64,000 bases of DNA from Polyangiales bacterium (GTDB lineage: Bacteria; Myxococcota_A; Polyangia; Polyangiales; Houyiibacteriaceae), in assembly GCA_045106895.1 (NCBI GenBank), contig JBGCFM010000016.1, positions 32,001 through 96,000 on the forward strand, in the 5' to 3' direction. Shown in pieces: positions 38,044 to 52,469 of this stretch. Under the pieces are notes generated by a model that worked only from the letters and a program-made list of their open reading frames with translations, had not been told where the DNA came from and did no database searches. Every line of letters begins with the position of its first letter. Within the stretch, counting starts at the first letter, position 1. Position numbers and translations under genes: made by a program.

Positions 38044-38836
38044 TGCGCATTCACTCATTCATGCTGATCGCGGCGGCCTACCTTGCCTTCGCCGCGGCAC
38101 CTTCCTTCGCCCAAGACCACGATTTGCCGGCTGGTCACGAAGGCGAGACCGCGGAGGAACACGCCGCTCACGAACATGACGAACACGGCGACGAACTCCC
38201 TCCGGGTCACGAAGGTGAAACGGCGGAAGAACACGCTGCCCACTCTCATGGCGACGAGCACTCCCACGGCGACGAGCACGCCCACGAAGAGCACGGCTCT
38301 CACCACATCACCCTCGACCAGCCATGGCAGGACTCCGGCTTCCTCATCACCGTCGTCACGTTCCTGTGCCTCGTGGTGCTCTTGGTCTTTGGATACAAGA
38401 AGGCCGGCGCCCCAGCTCTTCAGAACCGTCGGCGTGAAATCGAAGAGGCGCTTGCCGACGCTCAAGAGAAGAAGGCTGAAGCCGAGGCGCTCCGCAAGGA
38501 GTACCGAGGACGCCTCGACAAGATGGAAGAAGAGCTCGCCAACATTCGTAAGGAGATGGTCCAGACGGGCGAGGCAGAGCGCGACCGAATCGTCGCCGAA
38601 GCCGAGACGAAGGCTGCCTCGATGCGTAAGGACGTTGAGTTCCAGATTTCGCAAAAGATGAAGCAGCTGCGCGACGAGCTCACAACGGAGACCGCCCTCG
38701 CTGCGATCACGGCTGCCGAAGAGCTCATCAGCTCCGAAGCTGTGCCCAGTGATCAGAGTCGTCTTGCTGAGGACTACCTCACGAACATCGCCGAGGCCGC
38801 AGCGGCTGAGAAGGCCCAGACCGAAAGGAGCCGAGC

Positions 38837-38840
<4 letters not shown>
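38043..38840 (+). CDS. atpF: ATP synthase F0 subunit b with signal peptide and His-rich extension
   Basis: TM followed by RRREIEEAL coiled coil; position between b' and delta. Confidence 0.88.
38124..38243 (+). repeat. 48 bp internal duplication encoding LP(A/P)GHEGETAEEHAAH twice, period 72 bp
   Basis: 38124-38171 vs 38196-38243. Confidence 0.9.
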
Positions 38841-41121
<2,281 letters not shown>

Positions 41122-41122
41122 C

Positions 41123-43550
<2,428 letters not shown>

Positions 43551-43553
43551 CCG

Positions 43554-43970
43554 ATGGCTGACGTCCTCTCTCTCGAAGTCGCGACGCCGGCGGGGCTCCA
43601 GCTCTCGACGGAAGCGAACGCCGTAGAGGTGCCCAGCGTATCGGGTGAGTTCGGCGTTCTGCCGGGCCACGTGCCCGTCCTCGCAGCACTTCGTTGCGGT
43701 GCCGTTCGCTACGATATTGGCGGCAAGGAACGCGTTTTCGCGGTGGGGCCCGGCTTTGCGGAGGCGGGCGCGACGCGCGTGCGTCTGCTTACGGACCTCT
43801 TCGCTCTGCCTGAGAACATCGACAAGCCGACGGTGGAGAACGAACTCGCTGAAGCAAACGAAGCGCTCAAGGCGTTTGGTGCGCTCCACGAAGGACACGA
43901 GTACGAAGAGCTTCAGCGCGCAGTGGATTGGGCCAAAGCCCGACTCGACGCTGTCGAACTGACACACTGA
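43554..43970 (+). CDS. atpC: ATP synthase F1 subunit epsilon
   Basis: LEVATP, GEFGVLPGH.P, GFAE. Confidence 0.95.
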   Translation: MADVLSLEVATPAGLQLSTEANAVEVPSVSGEFGVLPGHVPVLAALRCGAVRYDIGGKERVFAVGPGFAEAGATRVRLLTDLFALPENIDKPTVENELAEANEALKAFGALHEGHEYEELQRAVDWAKARLDAVELTH

Positions 43971-43990
43971 TATCTCATCCGATGAGGCTC

Positions 43991-44024
43991 ACGCCGAGGC
44001 ACCCCCACGTGCTTCGGCGTTTGT
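43991..44024 (+). terminator. intrinsic terminator of the atp operon
   Basis: acgccgaggcac / gtgcttcggcgt 12 bp stem (one G-U) followed by ttgt, 20 nt after the atpC stop. Confidence 0.7.
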
Positions 44025-44099
44025 CGTCTGCACACCAGAGCACCGACTGATCATCGTCAATACCAACGAGGGGTGCATTGTTCGAAATACGCAACAGAT

Positions 44100-44134
44100 T
44101 GTAACCTACCGATGTAACCTGTATAGGTTAACAT
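44100..44134. promoter_or_regulatory. candidate operator/promoter: tgtaacct direct repeat plus inverted copy
   Basis: tgtaacct at 44100-44107 and 44113-44120; aggttaaca at 44125-44133; AT-rich patch just upstream of the kinase ATG. Confidence 0.45.
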
Positions 44135-44146
44135 AGGGCTCCAAAC

Positions 44147-45778
44147 ATGACCGCCTTACCTCAACAAACCGACGAAACATTCAATGAAATCGGTGGCTAC
44201 GCCATCGTGGAGAAGCTTCGTGAGGGAGGCATGGCAACTCTCTATTTGGGGACACGTGGAGGTGCACATGGCTTCTCGAGGCCCGTCGCCATCAAGGTGA
44301 TGCACGACCATGTCGCGGCTCAACCGCGAATGACCCAGATGTTTGTGGACGAGGCGTTGCTTGGCTCGCATCTCCAGCATCCAAATATCGGCCACATTGA
44401 AGAATTTGGCGAAGAGGCTGGTCGTTACTTCCTCGTGATGGAGTACATCGACGGCTGTTCCGTTTCGGACTTCCGTCGACATCATCGTGTCGAGCAGGAG
44501 GCGATGAAGCCGCTCACGGCGGCGTACATTATCTCGCAGGCGGCGAAGGGGCTTCATCACGCCCATGGCGCGACGGATGCAGCGGGCGAGCCCCTGGACA
44601 TCGTTCACCGTGACGTCTCCCCCGGCAACGTCCTGGTGTCGCGCTCGGGTCATGTGAAGGTGATCGACTTTGGGGTGGCGCAAAGTGAGCTTCGTTCTCA
44701 GCACACCGTCGCGTCCCTAAAGGGCAAGTTCCGCTACATGTCGCCGGAGCAAGCGCGCGGCAAAGATCTCGACCCACGGTCGGATGTGTATTGCCTCGGC
44801 CTCATTCTTTGGGAGCTCCTGAGCAACCGCCGCGCGATTCAGGGGAAGTCGGACCTCCAGCTGTTGGAGTCAGCACGCGCGCCTGAACTTGAGCCCGTGA
44901 GCAACTTTGCAGACGTCAGCGAGGAGCTCGCGTCGGTCGTACAAAAGGCCATCGCCGTCGACCCGGAGGAGCGGTGGGCGACGGCGCTCGAGTTCTCCCA
45001 AGCGATCCGCGCAGCGATTCCTGCGGTTCAGGACTTTGACCCGTCCGAGATTGGAGCGATGGCGCAAATCATGCCGCGTGGTGGCCGAAGCCACGTGACC
45101 CTCGCGTCGTCGTCCGAGCTGAGCAAGTCGCTCCTGAGTCGCTCTCAGAGTCGGTCGGAGCTTCGCCCTCGCGAGGACTTGATTCCAGAAGTGGACATCG
45201 AAGACCCCGAAGGCGAGAAGAAACGCCGCCTGATTCTTGGGGCGCTCATCGTTTTCGCCGTCGCGATTTTCCTGCTCTTTGCAATTCCCTCCGAGCAAGA
45301 CACAAACCCCGCTCTCGAAGCGCAAGGCAACTCTGCACCCAGCGAAGCCTCTTCGGCGGTGGCTGCACCACAGCCCGCGACCCCGGAAGAACGGGAGGCG
45401 AGCGCCGAGCCCACGATGGTTGTCGAGCCCTTCGAAGCCGCGGAACCCGAAGCAGCTCAAGTGCCCGCTGCAAGGGGAGCAAGTGCTGCAGTTGCACCAA
45501 GCGTCGCGCCGACTCCTGCCAGCGCTCGCCCAGCAAATAGCGAGACCACAACGGGGTCGCGCACGCGTCGTGCGGCCCGCGCGGAGGCGAGCGCGAGCCC
45601 AGACACCGACACTCGGGTCCCGGATGCCGAACGCAGCGTCCGGACACGCGGGGACTCGCAACCGGAGCACGTGGGCGGAATCCTCCTCGACACCGGCGGT
45701 GAGGACGACACACGCCTTCGTCCAGCGGGTCGCAGCTCCGGAGCCGTCCGTGCTGGTGGCACTCTGCTTGCGGAATAG
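44147..45778 (+). CDS. membrane Ser/Thr protein kinase with long Ala/Pro-rich extracytoplasmic tail
   Basis: GGMATLY, VAIK, HRDVSPGN, DFG, KGKFRYMSPEQ; TM LILGALIVFAVAIFLLFAI. Confidence 0.95.
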   Translation: MTALPQQTDETFNEIGGYAIVEKLREGGMATLYLGTRGGAHGFSRPVAIKVMHDHVAAQPRMTQMFVDEALLGSHLQHPNIGHIEEFGEEAGRYFLVMEYIDGCSVSDFRRHHRVEQEAMKPLTAAYIISQAAKGLHHAHGATDAAGEPLDIVHRDVSPGNVLVSRSGHVKVIDFGVAQSELRSQHTVASLKGKFRYMSPEQARGKDLDPRSDVYCLGLILWELLSNRRAIQGKSDLQLLESARAPELEPVSNFADVSEELASVVQKAIAVDPEERWATALEFSQAIRAAIPAVQDFDPSEIGAMAQIMPRGGRSHVTLASSSELSKSLLSRSQSRSELRPREDLIPEVDIEDPEGEKKRRLILGALIVFAVAIFLLFAIPSEQDTNPALEAQGNSAPSEASSAVAAPQPATPEEREASAEPTMVVEPFEAAEPEAAQVPAARGASAAVAPSVAPTPASARPANSETTTGSRTRRAARAEASASPDTDTRVPDAERSVRTRGDSQPEHVGGILLDTGGEDDTRLRPAGRSSGAVRAGGTLLAE

Positions 45779-46441
45779 ATGTCGACACAATCCATGAGAC
45801 ACTTCGGACAGAGGCGAGTCGCTATCGCGGCGGTGGCGCTTCTCGCGTTGTGCGCGGCGGGCTCCGAAGGCACGGCGCAGGACGGGGCTGTCCTCGTCAC
45901 AGAAGGCGTCGGGCCTCGCGCGGCCGCCGGTCTTCGACGTGACCTTTCGCGACGCTGGAATCGACCTGTGCACGCGCTGCATGAACAGGGCGCGAGCACG
46001 GCTCCCCATTTTGTGAGCGTCAGCGTGCGCGGAGGTCAGGTGTTCGTTCAGTATCGGAGCGGTTCGACGATTCGCACTGGGCAAGCGAGTGCCGGAACGA
46101 GACGCGCGCGCTTGGTGCAAACCGTCATGGCTGCGGTGGAAGGCACGGAAGCCGTGGCGTCAGATGTCGGCGAAAGCGCCGAACCCGTGGAAGCTCGCGG
46201 GCCGCAAAGCACCGGCGGCCAAAGCGAGATGATCGGTACGACGCTGATCGCTCTCGATGCGGAACTCAGCGTCCCCAGTGCGCCGAGCGCGATGCGTACG
46301 AGCGATGGGGTTCTTCTGGGGTTGGTCGACGAGTCTTCGCCGGGACAGGTGCTCCTGGCGACGGAAGCGGATCAGGTCGAAGCGTCCGTTGGACGAGTTC
46401 GAGCGGAGTCCGCCGCCGGAGTGGTGTTAGCCATCGAATGA
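45779..46441 (+). CDS. secreted hypothetical protein
   Basis: Starts immediately after the kinase stop; signal peptide; repeated C-terminal hydrophobic motifs. Confidence 0.7.
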   Translation: MSTQSMRHFGQRRVAIAAVALLALCAAGSEGTAQDGAVLVTEGVGPRAAAGLRRDLSRRWNRPVHALHEQGASTAPHFVSVSVRGGQVFVQYRSGSTIRTGQASAGTRRARLVQTVMAAVEGTEAVASDVGESAEPVEARGPQSTGGQSEMIGTTLIALDAELSVPSAPSAMRTSDGVLLGLVDESSPGQVLLATEADQVEASVGRVRAESAAGVVLAIE

Positions 46442-46526
46442 CTTCCGGAACCTCCATCCACTGCCAACACCTACACACACACGAAATGTCGTCGTTTGAA
46501 GACAAGCGGATCGCCGCCAGGAGAGT

Positions 46527-47354
46527 TTGATGAGAAGAGTTTTGGTCACAGGCGTGCTCGCCGCGTTGATGCTCAGTATCGCGCCAGTCACGCACCTCTG
46601 CGCTCAGGATGGCCCTGGAGCCACCCAGGAACGCCTCGCGCGCGAGCTTCGCGAACAAGGAGTGGAAGCCGCGCGAACTGGTGACTGGCTCACCGCGAAG
46701 GATCGTTTTCAACGCTCCTACGATTTGGACCCTCGGATTCTCACACTCTACAACCTTGCGGCGGCTCAGTTGAACAGCGGCGCCCTCGTGGAGGCAGATG
46801 AGAATTTCCGGCAGTTTCTCCGGGCGACGGACGACGGTAGCCATGCGGAGTTCCGCGCAGAGTCCGAGCGTTCCCGGGCCAACCTGGCCACTCGCATCGC
46901 GACCCTTACGCTCACCGTTGAGAATATTGGTCCCGGAGACCGAGTCGAGATTGGCGGCCAAGACCTAGCGCAGGCGGCGCTCGGTGCGGCGCTTCCGATG
47001 AACCCTGGGTTTCATCGGATCGCGGTGTTCCGGAATAGCGCTCAGATCGCGGAGGAGACGATCACTCTCACCGAAGGCGCGAGCAGCGCGCTCAGCGTGG
47101 ACATCCCAGTGGCGGCAGCCCCGACGGTTCCGACGGCAAGCGAAACCGCGGCTTCCAGCGAGGCGGTCGTGGCTACGAATGTAGACCCTCTTGCCGCCGA
47201 TTCGAACGATGACGGCGGCGGCAATGGCGCTCTCATCGGTGTCATCATCGGCGTCGTGGCCGTCGCAGGTTTGGTGGTGGGCGGCTACTTCCTCTTCCGC
47301 GGCGACGACGAAGAGCCGTTCCAGGGAAGTCTCGGGACGGTGGACTTCCGATGA
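46527..47354 (+). CDS. secreted TPR + PEGA-like protein with C-terminal hydrophobic segment
   Basis: Signal peptide; TPR (A...F..SY.L.P...LYNLA.A...G..VEA...F..FL); beta domain (LPMNPG.H.I); hydrophobic segment then GSLGTVDFR. Confidence 0.8.
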   Translation: MMRRVLVTGVLAALMLSIAPVTHLCAQDGPGATQERLARELREQGVEAARTGDWLTAKDRFQRSYDLDPRILTLYNLAAAQLNSGALVEADENFRQFLRATDDGSHAEFRAESERSRANLATRIATLTLTVENIGPGDRVEIGGQDLAQAALGAALPMNPGFHRIAVFRNSAQIAEETITLTEGASSALSVDIPVAAAPTVPTASETAASSEAVVATNVDPLAADSNDDGGGNGALIGVIIGVVAVAGLVVGGYFLFRGDDEEPFQGSLGTVDFR

Positions 47355-48634
47355 GAAGCTTTAGAATCAGTATGCTTGTCTGCGCGGCGAGCGTCTTCGC
47401 ATGTGGCGACGACAGCGCAGCTCCTGACGCTGGGACGCCCGACGTACGCGAGCCGGACGTGAGCGTCGAAGAGGACACGGGACCAGACGCTTCGGCGCCA
47501 GTCTGTCCGACACACCTTCAGTTCGTGAACGTGCGCGCTGAAACGCACAACGACTTAGGGTGGACCGGATTCGGCCATGGCCTCCGTCAGAACGACGGGT
47601 CGATCTTTACAGTAGAGGTCATGGGATGCGACGACGAGTGTCGCCGCTGCAGCGTTAGTGGGCCGGTGAGCAACCTAGGCGTAGACAACCGTCGCTGCCT
47701 GGAAGACACACGAATCGTTTGTTCCGCGGATACAGATTGCGGTGACGGAGGACGTTGTCGCTACGTACAAGGACCGCCCCTCGCCCTCAATATTCTCGGC
47801 CGTAATCAGTGCCTTCATCTGTACTTCGACCCAGACGTCGAGGGGGGCACCAGCGTCGAGGGCACGGTCAATCTAGAGACCGGTGCCGTGAACTTCAGCA
47901 AGTTCAACGTCCGAGCGACGGACAACGACAGCATGGGCGTTTGCTCCCAGTGTGTTGGCGACCCGACGATCAATGATGGAATCCCCGGTGGACAATGCGC
48001 GAACGGCGTCGATGGTCTACCCACCGACCTCCTCGGTGAGCTTGGTCAGCCTTGCGACGCGAACGGCTTCGGCAGCGCGCTCAGCGGCACTTACAGCTAC
48101 GACTGCCCGATCAACACCGTCAATCCAGGGCAGAACTTCATTGTACCCGGCATCTCGACGTCCGGTGTTCGCTGGACCTTGGACGGCGCCCGACCTCAAT
48201 GCACGAACCCCGCAGTCCCCGAGGGGCTGCCTTGCTGGTGCGGCGTTTGCGAGGATGGCGTGACTCCGTGTCAGGCGGACAGCGAGTGCGGAGGCGGTAC
48301 CTGTGGCTTCTGGGGAGGGCCCGAGAGCGGACAAATTCCGACGGCCCCGAACACCTGCGAAGGTGCATGCGAATGGGATCCTGAAACATCCCGCGGCAGC
48401 TGCATGTCGACGGCGGCGCCGGTGCGGGTCGGTTGCTTCCCAGCGGCACCAGGGTCTGTGATCGAAGCTCGCGGAAGCGCTGAAGTACGCGGCGACGAGT
48501 ACTTCGTGACGCTCAGCCAGTTTGCCTGCTTGGGACCCTCGGCGTCCGTCACCTCAAACATGAACTTGGGCTATCCAGGCCCCGCGCTCTACTCACAGCA
48601 GTACCGCGTGATCCCGGAATTCCGGACGGAGTAG
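47351..48634 (+). CDS. Cys-rich lipoprotein
   Basis: Lipobox VFAC, DAG/PD linker, many Cys including C.ADTDC and C.ADSEC motifs; ATGA overlap. Confidence 0.8.
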   Translation: MRSFRISMLVCAASVFACGDDSAAPDAGTPDVREPDVSVEEDTGPDASAPVCPTHLQFVNVRAETHNDLGWTGFGHGLRQNDGSIFTVEVMGCDDECRRCSVSGPVSNLGVDNRRCLEDTRIVCSADTDCGDGGRCRYVQGPPLALNILGRNQCLHLYFDPDVEGGTSVEGTVNLETGAVNFSKFNVRATDNDSMGVCSQCVGDPTINDGIPGGQCANGVDGLPTDLLGELGQPCDANGFGSALSGTYSYDCPINTVNPGQNFIVPGISTSGVRWTLDGARPQCTNPAVPEGLPCWCGVCEDGVTPCQADSECGGGTCGFWGGPESGQIPTAPNTCEGACEWDPETSRGSCMSTAAPVRVGCFPAAPGSVIEARGSAEVRGDEYFVTLSQFACLGPSASVTSNMNLGYPGPALYSQQYRVIPEFRTE

Positions 48635-48635
48635 C

Positions 48636-49865
48636 TTGATGATTAAACGAAGCCTTTGGATCGCGTGCCTGCTGAGCGCATGCGCGACAGACCTCACGCA
48701 GGTCGTCATTAGCGTCGACGTCGCCGTTGGCGTGCCCTGCGATATCGACAACCTCTCGATTCGACTCGAGAACTCCGGCGTCGTTGAGACTCTGGACGCG
48801 GCCGCCATGGCCAGTGGATTGCCGGCGACGATCACAGTGCTCACGGACGGCACAGACGTGACCGACGTGGTTGTTATCGGGGAGCAAGGCGGCGTTGAGC
48901 GCTACCGGGCGACGTCTCGTGTGATGTTGCGGGAGGGCGAGACCCTTCACTTGCCCATCGTTCTGACGGACGAGTGCCTCGGCTCAGGTTGCACCGTGGA
49001 TGGCTCTTCCCTCGCCGCTTTCGTCGATGTGCCTGCGGCTCGCGGAACTCGGGAGTGCGTGGCTTGCACGCCTTCGGACCCCCCGGTCGAGGTTTGCAAT
49101 GGCCGAGACGATGACTGCAACGGTATGACCGACGAAGGCGTCTGCGCCGACGAGGTTGAACGCTACGACGCTGTGGACGTGACGGGCATCGAGCCCTTCG
49201 TCGACGCTTGCAATATCCCAGGGGATACGCGCGGCGTCATCTTGATGGGAGCCAACGAGTCGGAAGTGATGGCGCCGGAGGCGGTCATCGCTGCCCTCGG
49301 AGAGTTTGGTTTCTCCTACTACGGACAGCCGGTCGAGAACCTATGGGTCGGCGACAACGGCTACGTTAGTTTCGGCGAGAGCGCGCCGAACTCTACGGAG
49401 CCTATTCAGCCTGGGAACCTGGAAGGCACCGGCGTGCCGCTGGGAGCACTGATCCCTTTCTGGGAACGCCTCGAGACCCGGGACAGCGGCGTGTGCGTTA
49501 CTCTGAGTGATGCCACCGACCGTCTTGTGATCACGTGGAAAGACGCATGCTTCAGCCCCTGTGGAAGCGCCGACCATCTCACCTTTAGCGTTGTGCTTGA
49601 AGGTGGCTCCGACCGAATCCTCTTCCTCTACGACGAGATGCGCGGCGGCGATCCCGCTCGTGCGAACGGCAGCAGCGCCTCGGGTGGTTTGACGAGCACA
49701 ACACAAGTCTCGGATCGAAACTGCGGAACGAACATGTGCGGCGCCGACGGTCTCTGCGCGAGCGGCGCCAATATGGGGATGCCGTGTGGCTTCACTCCGC
49801 TCTTTTCGAACGATGGCTCAAGCCCGGTCCCTAGCACCGAGTTCTCACCGGTCACCAGCAACTGA
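48636..49865 (+). CDS. Cys-rich lipoprotein with MopE-like metal-binding motif and nidogen-like domain
   Basis: Lipobox LSAC; EVCNGRDDDCNGMTDEG; F.F.YYG....L.V..NGYVSF, IPFW..L, LVITW, TF.VVL pattern. Confidence 0.75.
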   Translation: MMIKRSLWIACLLSACATDLTQVVISVDVAVGVPCDIDNLSIRLENSGVVETLDAAAMASGLPATITVLTDGTDVTDVVVIGEQGGVERYRATSRVMLREGETLHLPIVLTDECLGSGCTVDGSSLAAFVDVPAARGTRECVACTPSDPPVEVCNGRDDDCNGMTDEGVCADEVERYDAVDVTGIEPFVDACNIPGDTRGVILMGANESEVMAPEAVIAALGEFGFSYYGQPVENLWVGDNGYVSFGESAPNSTEPIQPGNLEGTGVPLGALIPFWERLETRDSGVCVTLSDATDRLVITWKDACFSPCGSADHLTFSVVLEGGSDRILFLYDEMRGGDPARANGSSASGGLTSTTQVSDRNCGTNMCGADGLCASGANMGMPCGFTPLFSNDGSSPVPSTEFSPVTSN

Positions 49866-49870
49866 GCCTC

Positions 49871-50785
49871 TCAGGAGCGCATGAACTTGATCATGCGCTC
49901 CGCCAGTTCTGGGCCGGCGTCTTCTTGTAGGAAGTGTCCACCGCGCACGCGGTGATGCGGCTGGTTTGCGGCCCCTGCGACGCGCCGAATGAGCTTCTTC
50001 TCGAGACCCCTCGTGATGGGGTCTCCGGTGGAGAAGAGCGTCAGGAAGGGCTTGTCGAAACTTGCCAGACCTTCCCAGGCGGCGGTGTTGGGCACGTGGG
50101 CGGGGTCTTTGGGGGTAAGGGGAACTAGGGCGGGCATCGCTCGGGGGCCCGCCATGTCTCGCTTCGCTGGGAATGGAGCATCGTATGCTCGCTTCGCGCC
50201 TTCGGTGAGCGGCAGGGCCGTTCCGCGCGCGACGACACTGGAGCAGACGAATCGCGGGACGTGGAGCGCGTAGGTCTTCCACGTCAGAAAAACCGCGGCC
50301 TGGATGAGGCTCGCTTTGTTGAAACGAAGAGCTTTGCCCGTTGGGAGAAAGCCATTGCCGACGACTACGCGCGCAAAACGTTCGGGTTGCTCACCGACCA
50401 TGCGCAGCCCGATGAGAGAACCCCAGTCTTGGACAAAGAGGTTGATCTCCGTGAGCTCGAGCTCGTCGAAGAGTGCACCCATCCAGGTCACGTGCCGCTC
50501 GTAGGAGTGGTCGCGCACCTTCGACGGTTTTGATGAGCGCCCGAAGCCGATGAGGTCCGGCGCGATGACTCGATAGCCCGCCTCAAGGAAGACCGGGATC
50601 ATCTTTCGATAGAGGTAGGACCAGGTGGGCTCGCCGTGGAGCAGCACAACGACCTCGCCGTCTCGTGGACCTTCGTCGATGAAGTGCATCTTGAGACCGC
50701 TGGGGTCGACTACGCGGAAGTGTGGCGCGTAGGGGAAGTCCTCAAGAGACTCGAAGCGGCTTGCGGGGGTGTCGTAGAAGTTCAC
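49871..50785 (-). CDS. haloalkane dehalogenase (alpha/beta hydrolase)
   Basis: [39 protein letters not shown]. Confidence 0.9.
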   Translation of the reverse strand: MNFYDTPASRFESLEDFPYAPHFRVVDPSGLKMHFIDEGPRDGEVVVLLHGEPTWSYLYRKMIPVFLEAGYRVIAPDLIGFGRSSKPSKVRDHSYERHVTWMGALFDELELTEINLFVQDWGSLIGLRMVGEQPERFARVVVGNGFLPTGKALRFNKASLIQAAVFLTWKTYALHVPRFVCSSVVARGTALPLTEGAKRAYDAPFPAKRDMAGPRAMPALVPLTPKDPAHVPNTAAWEGLASFDKPFLTLFSTGDPITRGLEKKLIRRVAGAANQPHHRVRGGHFLQEDAGPELAERMIKFMRS

Positions 50786-52404
50786 GCGCCGCGACCCTCG
50801 AGGTAGCGAGCGATGAGCGCGCGTGTTGAGTCGTCATGCGGTGATGCGGCGCCGCCCTCCAGCTCGCCGAGGATCGTCATCGCCAGCTTCTTTCCGAGCT
50901 CGACGCCCCACTGGTCAAACGAGTTCACGTTCCAGACGATGCCCTGGACGAAGATCTTGTGTTCGTAGAGCGCCGTAAGGGTGCCCAAGGTCCGTGGGGT
51001 CACCGCATCCAAAAGGAAGGTGGTGCTGGGCCGGTTTCCGGGGAAAACACGGTGGGTGACGCCGGCGTCATCGAGCTCGGGGTTGGCCGTTCGTACTTGG
51101 TCGGCGCTCCGACCGCGCATGAGCGCCTCACTTTGAGCGAAGAGGTTTGCCATTAGAATGTCGTGGTGTCGGCCCTTGGCGTTGTGGCTCTTGATCGCGC
51201 CGACGAAGTCACAGGGGACCAGTCGCGTGCCTTGGTGGATGAGCTGGTAGAATGCGTGCTGGCCGTTTGTGCCAGGCTCGCCCCAGATGATGGGCCCCGT
51301 CACGTAGTCTTCGATGAGCTCACCCTCGCGCGTGACGCGCTTGCCGTTGCTCTCCATGTCCCCTTGCTGAAAGTAGGCGGCGAAGCGATGAAGGTATTGA
51401 TCGTAAGGGAGAATCGCGTGGGAGTGGGCGTTCCAGAAGTTGGTGTACCAGATGCCCAGCATCGCCATGAGCACAGGAATATTCGTCTCGATGGGGGAAG
51501 TGCGGAAGTGCTCGTCGGCGATAAACGCGCCCTCGAGTAGCTCATCGAAGTTGTCCGGGCCGATGGCGAGCATAATGCTCATCCCGATGGCGCTCCAAAG
51601 GCTGTAGCGGCCGCCGACCCAGTTCCAGAACGGGAACATATTGTCTGGGTCGATGCCAAACGCCGCGACCTTGTCTTTGCTCGTCGAGAGCGCGACGAAG
51701 TGAGCGCTCACCGCAGATTCGTCTCCGAGCCGTTCGATGAGCCACGAGCGCGCGCTCGTGGCGTTGGTGATGGTTTCGATGGTGGTGAAAGTCTTCGATG
51801 CGACGCAAAAGAGCGTGCGCTCGGGGTCGACAACCTTGAGCACTTCGGCGAGGTCAGTGCCGTCGATGTTGCTTACGTAGTGCGGTCGAAGGCCATCCAC
51901 GAAGGGCTTGAGTGCTTCGGTGACCATCACGGGGCCAAGGTCGGATCCTCCGATGCCGATGTTGACGACGTCCGTAAACGTCTTGCCGGTATGTCCCGTA
52001 CGCTCGCCGCTTCGGACTCCCTCGCAGAAGGAGCGCATCTTTGCCAGGACTTCGCGAACGTCGGGCATGACGTCTTCGCCATCGACGACGACGGAGCGCT
52101 CGGAGCGATTGCGCAGGGCGACGTGAAGCACGGGGCGACCTTCGGTGAGGTTGATGGCCTCTCCGCCGAACATCTTCTCGATGAACTCCGGTACCTTCGA
52201 TTCACGCGCGAGTTCGAAGAGCGCCGACAGGGTGTCCTCTGTGGCGATATGTTTGGAAAAGTCAGCGACGATACCTGGGAGTTCGCGCGTCAACTTGGCG
52301 GCACGGCCTGGCTCTTTCTCGAAGAGGTCGCGCATATGAGCGTTGCTCATCTCGCTGCGGTGCTGCTCAAGTGCTTTCCAGGAAGGGCGCTTTGTGATGC
52401 TCAT
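50782..52404 (-). CDS. pgi: glucose-6-phosphate isomerase
   Basis: [44 protein letters not shown]. Confidence 0.98.
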   Translation of the reverse strand: MSITKRPSWKALEQHRSEMSNAHMRDLFEKEPGRAAKLTRELPGIVADFSKHIATEDTLSALFELARESKVPEFIEKMFGGEAINLTEGRPVLHVALRNRSERSVVVDGEDVMPDVREVLAKMRSFCEGVRSGERTGHTGKTFTDVVNIGIGGSDLGPVMVTEALKPFVDGLRPHYVSNIDGTDLAEVLKVVDPERTLFCVASKTFTTIETITNATSARSWLIERLGDESAVSAHFVALSTSKDKVAAFGIDPDNMFPFWNWVGGRYSLWSAIGMSIMLAIGPDNFDELLEGAFIADEHFRTSPIETNIPVLMAMLGIWYTNFWNAHSHAILPYDQYLHRFAAYFQQGDMESNGKRVTREGELIEDYVTGPIIWGEPGTNGQHAFYQLIHQGTRLVPCDFVGAIKSHNAKGRHHDILMANLFAQSEALMRGRSADQVRTANPELDDAGVTHRVFPGNRPSTTFLLDAVTPRTLGTLTALYEHKIFVQGIVWNVNSFDQWGVELGKKLAMTILGELEGGAASPHDDSTRALIARYLEGRGA

Positions 52405-52469
52405 CGGCGAAGCCTAGAGCACATCGCATTTTTTCGCACGGGCCGCTTTGGGCGGCCCTCGGACCGTGG

